The notes under the pieces: model-generated
Databases searched by the model: none
Seen by the model: the letters and a program-made list of their open reading frames with translations, nothing else
Told to the model about the DNA's origin: nothing
From: Centroscyllium fabricii
Taxonomy: Eukaryota
NCBI GenBank assembly: GCA_051313645.2
Contig: JBNRSN020000027.1
Location: 58,714,001 to 58,778,000 of the forward strand
DNA: 64,000 nucleotides
Reading direction: 5' to 3'
Shown here: positions 37,261 through 49,992 of the stretch, in pieces
Position numbering within the stretch: position 1 is the stretch's first letter
Layout of the letters: each line of letters begins with the position of its first letter
Made by a program: the position numbers and the translations under genes

Positions 37261-37404
37261 TAATTGAAATTGTCCCACACCTGAAAATGTAGCCCCCTTC
37301 CCCCAAAGAAACTGTAGAACTCCTTACCAACTTCAGTCTTCCCCTCTTAAAATTTACAGCCCACGCTTCGTATCACCCAATCACTGCTTCTCAATTTACT
37401 TCTT

Positions 37405-37799
37405 GGCGGCACGGTGGCATAGTGGTTAGCACTGTTGCCTTACAGCACTAGAGACCCGGGTTCAAATCCAGCCTCGGGTGACTATCTGTGTGGAGTTTGC
37501 ACATTCTCCCCGTGTCTGCGTGGGTTTCCTCCGGGTGCTCCGGTTTCCTCCCACAGTCCAAAGATGTGCGGGTTAGGTTGATTGGCCATGATAAATTGAC
37601 CCTTAGTGTTAGGGGGATTGAATATGTGGGGTTACGGGGATAGGGTGGGATATGTGTCGGTGCGGGCTTGATAGGGATCGAGGGATATGGGGACAGGATG
37701 CTGGGTTTGGATGATCAGCCATGATCTCATTGAATGGCGGAGCAGGCTCGAAGGGCCGAATGGCCTACTCCTGCTCCTATCTTCTATGTTTCTATGTTT
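37405..37799 (+). mobile_element. HE1-like V-SINE, full length
   Basis: Head, V-domain and tail. Confidence 0.93.
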
Positions 37800-38878
37800 C
37801 CACTAGGTTTCTCAATAATGTGGAAAAAAACTGCAACTGACGAACCAAATTTAACAGTAAATATACAAAGGCTTGTCGAGTGGAAACAGGTCCATGGCAA
37901 GTAAAACATTCCCTTTATCCAGTCATTTTCGCTAAGTAACAACAAAAAAAAGACTGTACATGGAATGAATCAGCGCCTGGGGAAATGCTCCCCTTTCAAT
38001 GAGTGTTCCCATTAACAGGGTGTGCCATTAACTGGTGTGTACTGGATATTAATCAAAAGACAATGCAGCAAAAAAATGTGACTGATGGACTGTAAAGTCA
38101 TTAAGGAAGCTACGTTCGAGGCCTGAAATACGATAATATTTTGATACTCATTATCAGCCAATACTACCAGCTCCCACTTATTTCATTATTTCCCCTGTAA
38201 AGTGATTGAACAAAACACAGAAGATAGGAGCAGGAATAGGCCATTCGGCCCTTCGAGCCTGCGCCGCCATTTTTTTTTTGATGAGATCAGGGCTGATCAT
38301 CCAAACCCAGCAACCCCCCTCCTACCCTCTCCCCATATACCCCGACACCCGCAACTCTAAGAACACTTGTTTCGCGTTGGTTAAATAGTCCTGCCTAGCA
38401 AAAACTTTCTTTTTAAGAAAGAAAAATCCCATGGGGATTAAAATGGCATTTTTCTACCTATTCGAGGCCTTCTCAATGCTGCAATTATTCTAGCACCATA
38501 AGAATAACCATTTAACATCCGATTATAGGATCCCTTCCAAAGACTTCCACATATTGATGGTTTTTTGGTTTTCTAACCAATTATTGCAGCATTTTCACTT
38601 TACATCAATATAATGCACAACAGGTCTACTGACTTAGTGAAAACAAACTTCCTTTAACTCATACAAAATAGCAATTGAAGTACATTAGGCCTCAATGCCT
38701 GTGGACCAGGGAGGAACAAAAACAAGATCAGGGAGGCTCTGCTCCTGATTGCTGTGCAGTGGCCCCTGCTGGAATGTGCCTCCAGAAGAGGAAGTGAACA
38801 GGACAAACATAAAAAGTTCTCGGAGTGGGAAAGAAATTCCATAGACTTGAACGTGATATCTTCCTGCTCTGAATCAAT

Positions 38879-39651
38879 GGGGGGAAATTTCATGTCCCCG
38901 TGAGGCAGGGTTTTCGGCGGCCCGGCCGGCAAAATAGCGGAACCGGCGGGTCCCGACCTCCCCCGCTGTATCCCCGCCTCTTTCTCATTTTTCCCCCGCC
39001 CAGAAACCTTCCCGCCGGCCGGCGGGGATGGGTTGTCACCTCGTTAAGGGCCCTTAATTGGCATCTTTAATGCCATTTTATGGGCCCTCAGCCATTTTGT
39101 CCTGTTTCCCGCCTTAACCCCGTCACCTTAAACCCCGCTAGGTGAAACCGAGCGGGAGCACAGCGCTGGTTATTACTTTCTCCTTCAAGGTGTGAAGGAC
39201 ATGCTGCCAAATGCTTGGCATGCCTCCAGCACCTTACAGGAGTAAGTAACTCCGTGCTGGCTGCAGCAGCTGTGAGCAGAAACTGAGAAACCTCAACTCT
39301 GCACATTTCCTGACAGCCGGTGCGAGCTGTCAAGGATTCTGAGCCCGCCCGCCCACCTGTCAGTCACCAGCACTTGACCGTTCCCATTGGTTCCACTTGA
39401 CTGTGATGTCACAGTGGAGTGTTTCCATGGGAACTGTCAACAACCAGTGCTGGAACTGTCAATCAAGCTCCTCACAGCCCCACTGGAGCCCGACTCGATT
39501 AACTTAATTACCTCCCGCTGCCGCCGGCGGGGATTTAACAACCCAATTAAATTAAAATTGCGAGGCCTTCCCAGCTGTTTGGGCGGGCGGGACAGGAAGC
39601 CGCCCAGACCAATCCCCGCCAGGTTCCTGCCCTTCCGGCAAAGTCCCCCCC
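38879..39651. mobile_element. PIF/Harbinger-like non-autonomous element
   Basis: aat|ggggggaaattt ... aaagtccccccc|aat; collinear in inverted orientation with 53047-53811. Confidence 0.8.
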
Positions 39652-39992
39652 AATATGTCTGCCAAAGTAGGCACACAGAACCTTGATAAAGGTGACTAGA
39701 AGGGAGAGACAAATGATAGGTGACTCACACTGAAGACGCTGTGGCACAATCTTACCACAGGGCAGTGGGCTCATTCATCCTGCAGTACAGTTGTGGTGCG
39801 ACAATTGTAGCCGTGTGTTACTAGGACGCCTTAAGCCTCTGCGAGAACAGCAACAAAGTTTTGAAAGGAACCAAAGTTAAACATATGAAAATGACGGGCA
39901 GGAAAAGACCATCTGGTCCAACAAGTCTGCCCCACAGTCGTAGTGCCTGAACCATCATGATCACACACCTCCTACTCACCATCAGCCATGTA

Positions 39993-40592
39993 ACATAGAA
40001 ACATAGAAAATAGGAGCAGGAGTAGGCCATTCGGCCCCTCGAGCCTGCTCCTCCATTCAATGAGTTCATGGCTGATCATCCAAACTCAGTACCCCGTACC
40101 TGCCTTCTCCCCATATCCCTTGATACCTTTAGCTCCAAGAAATATATCTAACTCCTTCTTGATTTTATTTTAATGCTTTGGCCTCCACTACATTCTGTGG
40201 TAGAGAATTCCACAAGTTTACCTCTCTCTGGGTGAAGAAATTCCTCCTCATCTCTGTCCTAAATGACTTACCCCTTATCCTTAATGTGGAGGTGCCGGTG
40301 TTGGACTGGGGTGGACAAATGCAAGAAGTCACACAACACCAGGTTATAGTCCAACAGTTTTATTTTAAATCACAAGCTTTCGGAGCGTCTGCCCTTTCGT
40401 CAGGTGAAAGAAAGCTTGTGATTTAAAATAAAACTGTTGGACTATAACCTGGTGTTGTGTGACTTCTTGCCCTTATCCTTAGACTGTGCCCCCCTGGTTC
40501 TGGACTCCCCGACCATCGGGAACATCCTTCCTACATCTAGTTTGTCCAGTCCTGTCAGAATTTTATAAGTTTCGATGAGATCCCCTCTCATG
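39993..40592 (-). mobile_element. CR1 3' fragment containing a Penelope insertion
   Basis: CR1 C-terminus and tail split at cccttatcctta. Confidence 0.88.
40284..40469 (-). mobile_element. Penelope-like terminal repeat plus inverted partial copy, 12-bp TSD
   Basis: TSD cccttatcctta at 40272-40283 and 40470-40481; hammerhead core at 40378-40403 on the minus strand. Confidence 0.85.
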
Positions 40593-41319
40593 TAATCTAC
40601 AGGGAGAGGCAAGAAACATGGATTTTATTTTACTTCAAAGCTTATACTAGCAGAAAGCCACATGCTTCGGTTCTGACTCTGCAAGATCCAGTGCCAAGTG
40701 CTGACCATGCCACCTGTCACTGTGTGACGAGATACCAAAGTTGCAAAGCAGAATCACAGGATTTAGTACAGCTGTACTCGAGACCACAATATTTATGTGC
40801 AGCACATCAAATCAGTGGAGTGAAGTCTACAGTTACGGGGAGGAGTGCACAAAGCACAACATTACAATCACCCGCTATATCTGCAGATCACCTGGGAAGA
40901 AACTCAGGAATATATTCCTGCGAAGACTCATAAAAACCTGTAAAAAAAATTAAAAAAACTCTATTTCTAATATTTTAAACAGCTGCCAAATGCTGTGATT
41001 CATGCCACCATTAAATTATTCTACACTCATTTTTGGAATGGTATATGTCTTGCAAAAGATAGAGGATGATGGAGGCAGCGGAAGTACTGGATATCAAGAC
41101 CTCACTCCTTCACTTCACCCAACCCTGTTGAATCAGGTGCTGAATAAGCTAAAACCTTACTTGAAGAATGCGCTGCCTCCCAGTGCAGAATCCAGAAATA
41201 CATGCCTTTCTTGGAGTTATCTTGTGAATGACTGAAAACCAGCATAAATAGGAATGTTGAAAAATATCAGAGCCATCCAAATCACAGTATCTGCTTTCTG
41301 CAAAAATACTGGCACATAA

Positions 41320-41850
41320 GATAAGAACATAAGAAATAGGAGCAGGAGTCGGCCAATCGGCCCCTCGAGCCTGCTCTACCATTCAACAAGATCATGGCTG
41401 ATCTGATCCTAACCTCAATTTTATTTTTACTCTCCACCCCGCCCAGACCCATGTGATCACCTGGGAGAGGCGAAAAACCAGATAAAAAACCCAGTAGCCA
41501 ATTTGGGAGAAAGAAATCAGGAAAGTTCCTCTCCGACCCATCTAGGCAATCGAAAACTGGTCCAGGAGATCACATGGCCAATCTGAACCTAGCCTCACGT
41601 CCACTTACCTGCCCGCTCACCATAACCCCTAATTCTCTTTAATCCCAGGAAACTGTCTATCTCAGTTTGAAATTTATTCAACGTAGTAGCTTCCACAGCT
41701 CTCTGGGGCAGCAAATTCCACAGCCGCACCACCCTCTGAGTGAAGATGTTTCTCCTCATCTCAGTTTTGAAATGGCAGCCCCTTATTTTAAGATTATGCC
41801 CCCTAGTCCTAGTTTCACCCACCATTGGGAACATCCTCACCGCATCCATT
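41320..41850 (-). mobile_element. CR1 3' fragment, structured-UTR subfamily
   Basis: DAVRMFPMVGETRTRGHNLKIRGCHFKTEMRR; same UTR as 29838-30105. Confidence 0.93.
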
Positions 41851-43527
41851 TCATCCATAAAACAGTCAGATGCTGCCATCATACTGAAGGTTCCCACTTT
41901 GCAGGTGGGACCAGTTGATGCCGCAATGGTTGAAAAGGAGATTCATCCCTCAATCGCAACCACTTCAACGGAAATCCTTCAAAGAAATAAAACACTTGAG
42001 GAACAGATGGGAACCTCAAAGTTAATATGACAACGTCCCAGTCTGGGGGCGGAAGAGAAAGAGAGATTTAGAAAATAGCGTAGGCCCTGGATCAGCTCGC
42101 TTCAAATCAGAGTTGTCCTGCTGGCCACCAGTTAAGCTCACGCTGTGTCTCCAATAGACAAGGTATATTTGTGACTAAAAAATGTTTTCCATAGATGGGG
42201 ATGGGGAGGAGAGGAGAGTGATTTTAACATAACATACTCTAGACTTGTTCCCCCTTTAATGGTTTACTATTCAGAGAAAGTATTGTTCCTTCAATAGTAA
42301 GACTGGCTGAGAGTTATACTGCAGATCAACACATAAAGTGGCTTACATGCCAACACAAACCACAACAGACCTTTAGTGGTTTTCCTAAATTACAACAGTG
42401 ACTACACAGCTAAAGTATTTCCTTGGCTAAGAAGCACTTTCGGGCATTCCGAGGCTGCGAAAGGCGCTATAAAAATGCAATTTCATTCTTTATGAGTCAG
42501 TAGAATCTGGAGATTCGACTACAGAATTGAATTAATTCCTTGGGATTGATTCCAATTCACATAGTTTTTACATGTGGGTTTTTATTCTGTTTTGGTCAAT
42601 TAATATGCCATCAGCGAGCTCCATATTCTGGGTCTGTGGTGATCTTCTCACAGAGGATATACGATTACAATGTCATTACTGCAAGCTTAAAAAAATTATA
42701 ACCTGCAACTGATTTTCAGCACACTCCATGCCCATTGTACATGAATTAAACACAGTAGAACATTAACCATTACAATATTTGTTAAGTAACCGTACATTAG
42801 AATGTTAGTTTAATCTATTATTTGACTGGAATAAATATACTTGTACAAATAAAAACAAAATTGTTTCAGCATCATACTGCAAAAACTCTCAATCCATCCG
42901 TTACGTGCAAGACCCATATTTCTTCTTTAGCGCCTGCAAAAAATGATCGCCTACTATCAGCGTGTCCCCATCAGAGAAATAATGGGCTTGAGTATCCTAT
43001 AAGGAATACAAGCTATTAAAATAATTCATAATGCCTTTATCACAAGACTGGAGTACTCACTGTCCATTGCTCTGGGAATACCAGAGCACTGCTCAATGAT
43101 GTAGATGATGAACAAAGCCCTACAATAAGCAAGATGAGAATCAGCTGATCCATAAAAAAGGAATAGGCCAGAGAAACCATAGTAGACATTATTCATATAA
43201 CTGCTGTATGCAATTTATTAACCAGTCTTTAGCAAAGGTGTCAGTAATATATATAGACCAATAGATAGGAGACCGGTCTTCCTATGAAGAATACAAACAA
43301 CTTGACAAGAGCAGAAAGGTGATGGTACTGTAATGCCAACAGACTAGAAGGTATGAGACAAGGATTTTTTTTCAATTGAGAGAGCTGGGCGAAGGGCCAA
43401 GGCCCATTGTGCAGGACAGCACCACGCTAGAAAAGAGCTGCAGAGTAGTGATTTGGTACCAACAAGTTTGGGTTGTAAAAAATGGAAATGAGAAGGGAGA
43501 GGGGCAGAGGAAGCTGGGGGGGGGGAA

Positions 43528-43868
43528 GCGAGAGAGAGAGAGCGAGAGAGACGGGGCGAGAGAGAGAGAGCGAGAGAGACGGGGCGAGAGAGGAGAGAGA
43601 GAGACGGGGCGAGAGAGAGAGAGAGAGACGGGGCGAGAGAGAGAGAGACGGGGCGAGAGAGAGAGAGAGAGAGAGACGGGGCGAGAGAGAGAGAGACGGG
43701 GCGAGAGAGAGAGAAACGGGGCGAGAGAGAGAGAGAGACGGGGCGAGAGAGAGAGAGAGACGGGGCGAGAGAGAGAGAGAGAGAGAGACGGGGCGAGAGA
43801 GAGAGAGAGAGAGACGGGGCGAGAGAGAGAGAGAGAGAGAGAGACGGGGCGAGAGAGAGAGAGAGAGA
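43528..43868. repeat. CGGGGC(GA)n satellite, left block
   Basis: Tandem acggggc(ga)n units with variable GA length. Confidence 0.97.
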
Positions 43869-43891
43869 CACCTTTGCTAAAGACTGGTTAA

Positions 43892-44557
43892 TAAATTGCT
43901 ACCGCTCCCTAGAAAGAGACTATAAATTGGCAGACTATCTTTCAACTGTCAGAAATACAAAGCAGAGACAGACCCTCACCAGGTACAGATTAAGTGACCA
44001 CCAGTTGGCAGTCGAAAAAGGAAGACAGAAGAAATCCTGGCAGCAAAGAGAAAATAGAATATGCGGTCACTGTTCGACGGATGAGGTTGAAACAGAGATG
44101 CACTTCCTCCTAAATTGCAAAAAATTCGAAAAAACAAGGAATTCATACTTTGACAAACTGGACCTAGAAATCCCAGATTTCAAAGAATTAGATGATACCC
44201 TAAAACTAAAAATAATCCTTGGCGAAGGAGACAGGGCACAGCTTGGTGCACAATACGTAACAGCATGCCACAACCTGAGGGAAAATGACTGACCAACATG
44301 CACACATGCACGCACACACAGGCAGAAAAGAACCAACATTGACTGTGATATTGTTTGAAACTGCATTTAAGCTATATATCTACTGATATTACTACGGATG
44401 CGGTTATGTATACTCTGTTAGTACTGTTGTTATTACGTCTAAAAATGTACTTTATATGTATGTTACAAATGTATTTTTGTGTATGTAAAAAACGCTTTGG
44501 CAACAAGGGTTGATGCCATTCATGCCAATAAAGCTATTTGAATTTGAATTTGAATTT
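43892..44557 (+). mobile_element. 5'-truncated non-LTR retrotransposon, RTE-X-like, with C-terminal zinc knuckle and (TTTGAA)n tail
   Basis: Open frame NCYRSLERDYKLADYL...YRLSDHQLAVEKGR...RICGHC-x9-H-FLLN-C, stop at 44292; ccaataaagc(tatttgaa)(tttgaa)n runs into the gap. Confidence 0.85.
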
Positions 44558-44702
44558 NNNNNNNNNNNNNNNNNNNNNNNNNNNNNNNNNNNNNNNNNNN
44601 NNNNNNNNNNNNNNNNNNNNNNNNNNNNNNNNNNNNNNNNNNNNNNNNNNNNNNNNNNNNNNNNNNNNNNNNNNNNNNNNNNNNNNNNNNNNNNNNNNNN
44701 NN
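44558..44702. other. Assembly gap (145 N)
   Basis: Run of n characters. Confidence 0.99.
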
Positions 44703-47700
44703 CGGGGCGAGAGAGAGAGAGAGACGGGGCGAGAGAGAGAGAGAGACGGGGCGAGAGAGAGAGAGAGACGGGGCGAGAGAGAGAGAGAGACGGGGCGAGA
44801 GAGAGAGAGAGACGGGGCGAGAGAGAGAGAGAGACGGGGCGAGAGAGAGAGAGACGGGGCGAGAGAGAGAGAGACGGGGCGAGAGAGAGAGAGACGGGGC
44901 GAGAGAGAGAGAGACGGGGCGAGAGAGAGAGAGACGGGGCGAGAGAGAGAGAGACGGGGCGAGAGAGAGAGAGACGGGGCGAGAGAGAGAGAGACGGGGC
45001 GAGAGAGAGAGAGAGACGGGGCGAGAGAGAGAGAGAGACGGGGCGAGAGAGAGAGAGAGAGACGGGGCGAGAGAGAGAGAGAGACGGGGCGAGAGAGAGA
45101 GAGAGAGACGGGGCGAGAGAGAGAGAGAGACGGGGCGAGAGAGAGAGAGAGAGACGGGGCGAGAGAGAGAGAGAGACGGGGCGAGAGAGAGAGAGACGGG
45201 GCGAGAGAGAGAGAGAGACGGGGCGAGAGAGAGAGAGACGGGGCGAGAGAGAGAGAGACGGGGCGAGAGAGAGAGAGACGGGGCGAGAGAGAGAGAGACG
45301 GGGCGAGAGAGAGAGAGACGGGGCGAGAGAGAGAGAGACGGCGGGGCGAGAGAGAGAGAGACGGGGCGAGAGAGAGAGAGACGGGGCGAGAGAGAGAGAG
45401 ACGGGGCGAGAGAGAGAGAGACGGGGCGAGAGAGAGAGAGACGGGGCGAGAGAGAGAGAGACGGGGCGAGAGAGAGAGAGACGGGGCGAGAGAGAGAGAG
45501 ACGGGGCGAGAGAGAGAGAGACGGGGCGAGAGAGAGAGAGACGGGGCGAGAGAGAGAGAGACGGGGCGAGAGAGAGAGAGACGGGGCGAGAGAGAGAGAG
45601 ACGGGGCGAGAGAGAGAGAGACGGGGCGAGAGAGAGAGAGACGGGGCGAGAGAGAGAGAGACGGGGCGAGAGAGAGAGAGACGGGGCGAGAGAGAGAGAG
45701 ACGGGGCGAGAGAGAGAGAGACGGGGCGAGAGAGAGAGAGACGGGGCGAGAGAGAGAGAGACGGGGCGAGAGAGAGAGAGACGGGGCGAGAGAGAGAGAG
45801 AGACGGGGCGAGAGAGAGAGAGACGGGGCGAGAGAGAGAGAGACGGGGCGAGAGAGAGAGAGACGGGGCGAGAGAGAGAGAGACGGGGCGAGAGAGAGAG
45901 AGACGGGGCGAGAGAGAGAGAGACGGGGCGAGAGAGAGAGAGACGGGGCGAGAGAGAGAGAGACGGGGCGAGAGAGAGAGAGACGGGGCGAGAGAGAGAG
46001 AGACGGGGCGAGAGAGAGAGAGACGGGGCGAGAGAGAGAGAGACGGGGCGAGAGAGAGAGAGACGGGGCGAGAGAGAGAGAGACGGGGCGAGAGAGAGAG
46101 AGACGGGGCGAGAGAGAGAGAGACGGGGCGAGAGAGAGAGAGACGGGGCGAGAGAGAGAGAGACGGGGCGAGAGAGAGAGAGACGGGGCGAGAGAGAGAG
46201 AGACGGGGCGAGAGAGAGAGAGACGGGGCGAGAGAGAGAGAGACGGGGCGAGAGAGAGAGAGACGGGGCGAGAGAGAGAGAGACGGGGCGAGAGAGAGAG
46301 AGACGGGGCGAGAGAGAGAGAGACGGGGCGAGAGAGAGAGAGACGGGGCGAGAGAGAGAGAGACGGGGCGAGAGAGAGAGAGACGGGGCGAGAGAGAGAG
46401 AGACGGGGCGAGAGAGAGAGAGACGGGGCGAGAGAGAGAGAGACGGGGCGAGAGAGAGAGAGACGGGGCGAGAGAGAGAGAGACGGGGCGAGAGAGAGAG
46501 AGACGGGGCGAGAGAGAGAGAGACGGGGCGAGAGAGAGAGAGACGGGGCGAGAGAGAGAGAGACGGGGCGAGAGAGAGAGAGACGGGGCGAGAGAGAGAG
46601 AGACGGGGCGAGAGAGAGAGAGACGGGGCGAGAGAGAGAGAGACGGGGCGAGAGAGAGAGAGACGGGGCGAGAGAGAGAGAGACGGGGCGAGAGAGAGAG
46701 AGACGGGGCGAGAGAGAGAGAGACGGGGCGAGAGAGAGAGAGACGGGGCGAGAGAGAGAGAGACGGGGCGAGAGAGAGAGAGACGGGGCGAGAGAGAGAG
46801 AGACGGGGCGAGAGAGAGAGAGACGGGGCGAGAGAGAGAGAGACGGGGCGAGAGAGAGAGAGACGGGGCGAGAGAGAGAGAGACGGGGCGAGAGAGAGAG
46901 AGACGGGGCGAGAGAGAGAGAGACGGGGCGAGAGAGAGAGAGACGGGGCGAGAGAGAGAGAGACGGGGCGAGAGAGAGAGAGACGGGGCGAGAGAGAGAG
47001 AGACGGGGCGAGAGAGAGAGAGACGGGGCGAGAGAGAGAGAGACGGGGCGAGAGAGAGAGAGACGGGGCGAGAGAGAGAGAGACGGGGCGAGAGAGAGAG
47101 AGACGGGGCGAGAGAGAGAGAGACGGGGCGAGAGAGAGAGAGACGGGGCGAGAGAGAGAGAGACGGGGCGAGAGAGAGAGAGACGGGGCGAGAGAGAGAG
47201 AGACGGGGCGAGAGAGAGAGAGACGGGGCGAGAGAGAGAGAGACGGGGCGAGAGAGAGAGAGACGGGGCGAGAGAGAGAGAGACGGGGCGAGAGAGAGAG
47301 AGACGGGGCGAGAGAGAGAGAGACGGGGCGAGAGAGAGAGAGACGGGGCGAGAGAGAGAGAGACGGGGCGAGAGAGAGAGAGACGGGGCGAGAGAGAGAG
47401 AGACGGGGCGAGAGAGAGAGAGACGGGGCGAGAGAGAGAGAGACGGGGCGAGAGAGAGAGAGACGGGGCGAGAGAGAGAGAGACGGGGCGAGAGAGAGAG
47501 AGAGACGGGGCGAGAGAGAGAGAGACGGGGCGAGAGAGAGAGAGACGGGGCGAGAGAGAGAGAGACGGGGCGAGAGAGAGAGAGACGGGGCGAGAGAGAG
47601 AGAGACGGGGCGAGAGAGAGAGAGACGGGGCGAGAGAGAGAGAGACGGGGCGAGAGAGAGAGAGACGGGGCGAGAGAGAGAGAGACGGGGCGAGAGAGAG

Positions 47701-49347
47701 AGAGACGGGGCGAGAGAGAGAGAGACGGGGCGAGAGAGAGAGAGACGGGGCGAGAGAGAGAGAGACGGGGCGAGAGAGAGAGAGACGGGGCGAGAGAGAG
47801 AGAGACGGGGCGAGAGAGAGAGAGAGACGGGGCGAGAGAGAGAGAGAGACGGGGCGAGAGAGAGAGAGAGACGGGGCGAGAGAGAGAGAGAGACGGGGCG
47901 AGAGAGAGAGAGAGACGGGGCGAGAGAGAGAGAGAGACGGGGCGAGAGAGAGAGAGAGACGGGGCGAGAGAGAGAGAGAGACGGGGCGAGAGAGAGAGAG
48001 ACGGGGCGAGAGAGAGAGAGACGGGGCGAGAGAGAGAGAGAGACGGGGCGAGAGAGAGAGAGACGGGGCGAGAGAGAGAGAGACGGGGCGAGAGAGAGAG
48101 AGAGACGGGGCGAGAGAGAGAGAGAGACGGGGCGAGAGAGAGAGAGAGACGGGGCGAGAGAGAGAGAGAGACGGGGCGAGAGAGAGAGAGAGAGACGGGG
48201 CGAGAGAGAGAGAGAGACGGGGCGAGAGAGAGAGAGAGACGGGGCGAGAGAGAGAGAGAGACGGGGCGAGAGAGAGAGAGAGACGGGGCGAGAGAGAGAG
48301 AGAGACGGGGCAGAGAGAGAGAGAGAGACGGGGCGAGAGAGAGAGAGAGACGGGGCGAGAGAGAGAGAGAGACGGGGCAAGAGAGAGAGAGAGAGACGGG
48401 GCGAGAGAGAGAGAGAGACGGGGCGAGAGAGAGAGAGAGACGGGGCGAGAGAGAGAGAGAGACGGGGCGAGAGAGAGAGAGAGACGGGGCGAGAGAGAGA
48501 GAGAGACGGGGCGAGAGAGAGAGAGAGACGGGGCGAGAGAGAGAGAGAGACGGGGCGAGAGAGAGAGAGAGACGGGGCGAGAGAGAGAGAGAGACGGGGC
48601 GAGAGAGAGAGAGAGACGGGGCGAGAGAGAGAGAGAGACGGGGCGAGAGAGAGAGAGAGACGGGGCGAGAGAGAGAGAGAGACGGGGCGAGAGAGAGAGA
48701 GAGACGGGGCGAGAGAGAGAGAGAGACGGGGCGAGAGAGAGAGAGAGACGGGGCGAGAGAGAGAGAGAGACGGGGCGAGAGAGAGAGAGAGACGGGGCGA
48801 GAGAGAGAGAGAGCGAGAGAGAGAGAGAGACGGGGCGAGAGAGAGAGAGAGACGGGGCAAGAGAGAGAGAGAGAGACGGGGCGAGAGAGAGAGAGAGAGA
48901 CGGGGCAAGAGAGAGAGAGACGGGGCAAGAGAGAGAGAGAGACGGGGCAAGAGAGAGAGAGAGACGGGGCGAGAGAGAGAGAGACGGGGCAAGAGAGAGA
49001 GAGACGGGAAGAGAGGGAGAGAGAGACGGGGAGAGAGGGTGAGAGAGAGTGAGGGAGAGAGAGAGTGAGAGAGAGAGTGAGAGAGAGACGGGGAGAGAGG
49101 GTGAGAGAGAGTGAGAGAGAGAGTGAGAGAGACAGGGAGAGAGACAGGGAGAGAGACAGACGGGGCGAGAGAGAGAGAGAGAGAGACGGGGCGAGAGAGA
49201 GATGGGGAGAGAGAGGGGGAGCGGGGAGAGGAGGGGGGGAGAGGAGGGGGGGAGAGGAGGGTTGGAGAGGACGTGGGAGAGAAGAGAGGGAGAGGAGGGG
49301 GGAGAGAAGAGAGGGAGAGGAGGGGGGAGAGAGAAGGGGGAGAGGGG
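44703..49347. repeat. CGGGGC(GA)n satellite, main block, decaying into a purine-rich tail
   Basis: Nearly homogeneous 20-bp unit over ~45350-47810, mostly 22-bp units over ~47810-48900, degenerate GA/GGA sequence to ~49347. Confidence 0.98.
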
Positions 49348-49992
49348 ATATCAAATAGGCAATTTAAAAACATTCAGTTTTAGAAAACATTGAGATTTCT
49401 GACATGGCACAGCATGGAGAGTCTCAACACAATCATTGGGAAATGGAACACTTCCACGCTTGGCATCCAGTTTCACCATCAATTACTCCCAAGTTAATTA
49501 GAGCACAACCACATTACAGTTCCAACTATACTACCATTACAATGTGTCCAAACCTAACTTCAGTAGGCCCCTTTTGCCACAGAACCTGTGTGTGCTATTT
49601 TTAATTTCCTACACTAGTGGTCTTCAGGACTGGACTTAGTACCAATTGGTACTTAACCAGAAGTAGCTTTGTTACCCATTAGGAATTTGGATGAGCCTGC
49701 TTTAACTCATTTCACTGGGTCAGCCCACAACAGGGAAACAACTTTCTTCTCAGTCCAGCAGAGATTCCAACTCAGGTGACATAAGTGAAACAACACTGTG
49801 CTTACCCACTACACCACCGATTGAAAACAGCCCTGTTGTTTAGATAACTGGAAAATGAGAAAGGAAATTACTGTTCATAGAAACATATATAGAAACATAG
49901 AAGATAGGAGCAGGAAGAGGCCATTTGGCCCTTCGAGCCTGCTCCGCCATTCAATGAGATCATGGCTGATCATCCAAACCCAGTACCCCATA

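Noticed and set aside
43344-49373. Very long ORFs (up to 1617 aa) of RE/RG or SL repeats
   Set aside because: They are translations of the stop-free satellite and run through an N gap; no evidence of a protein.
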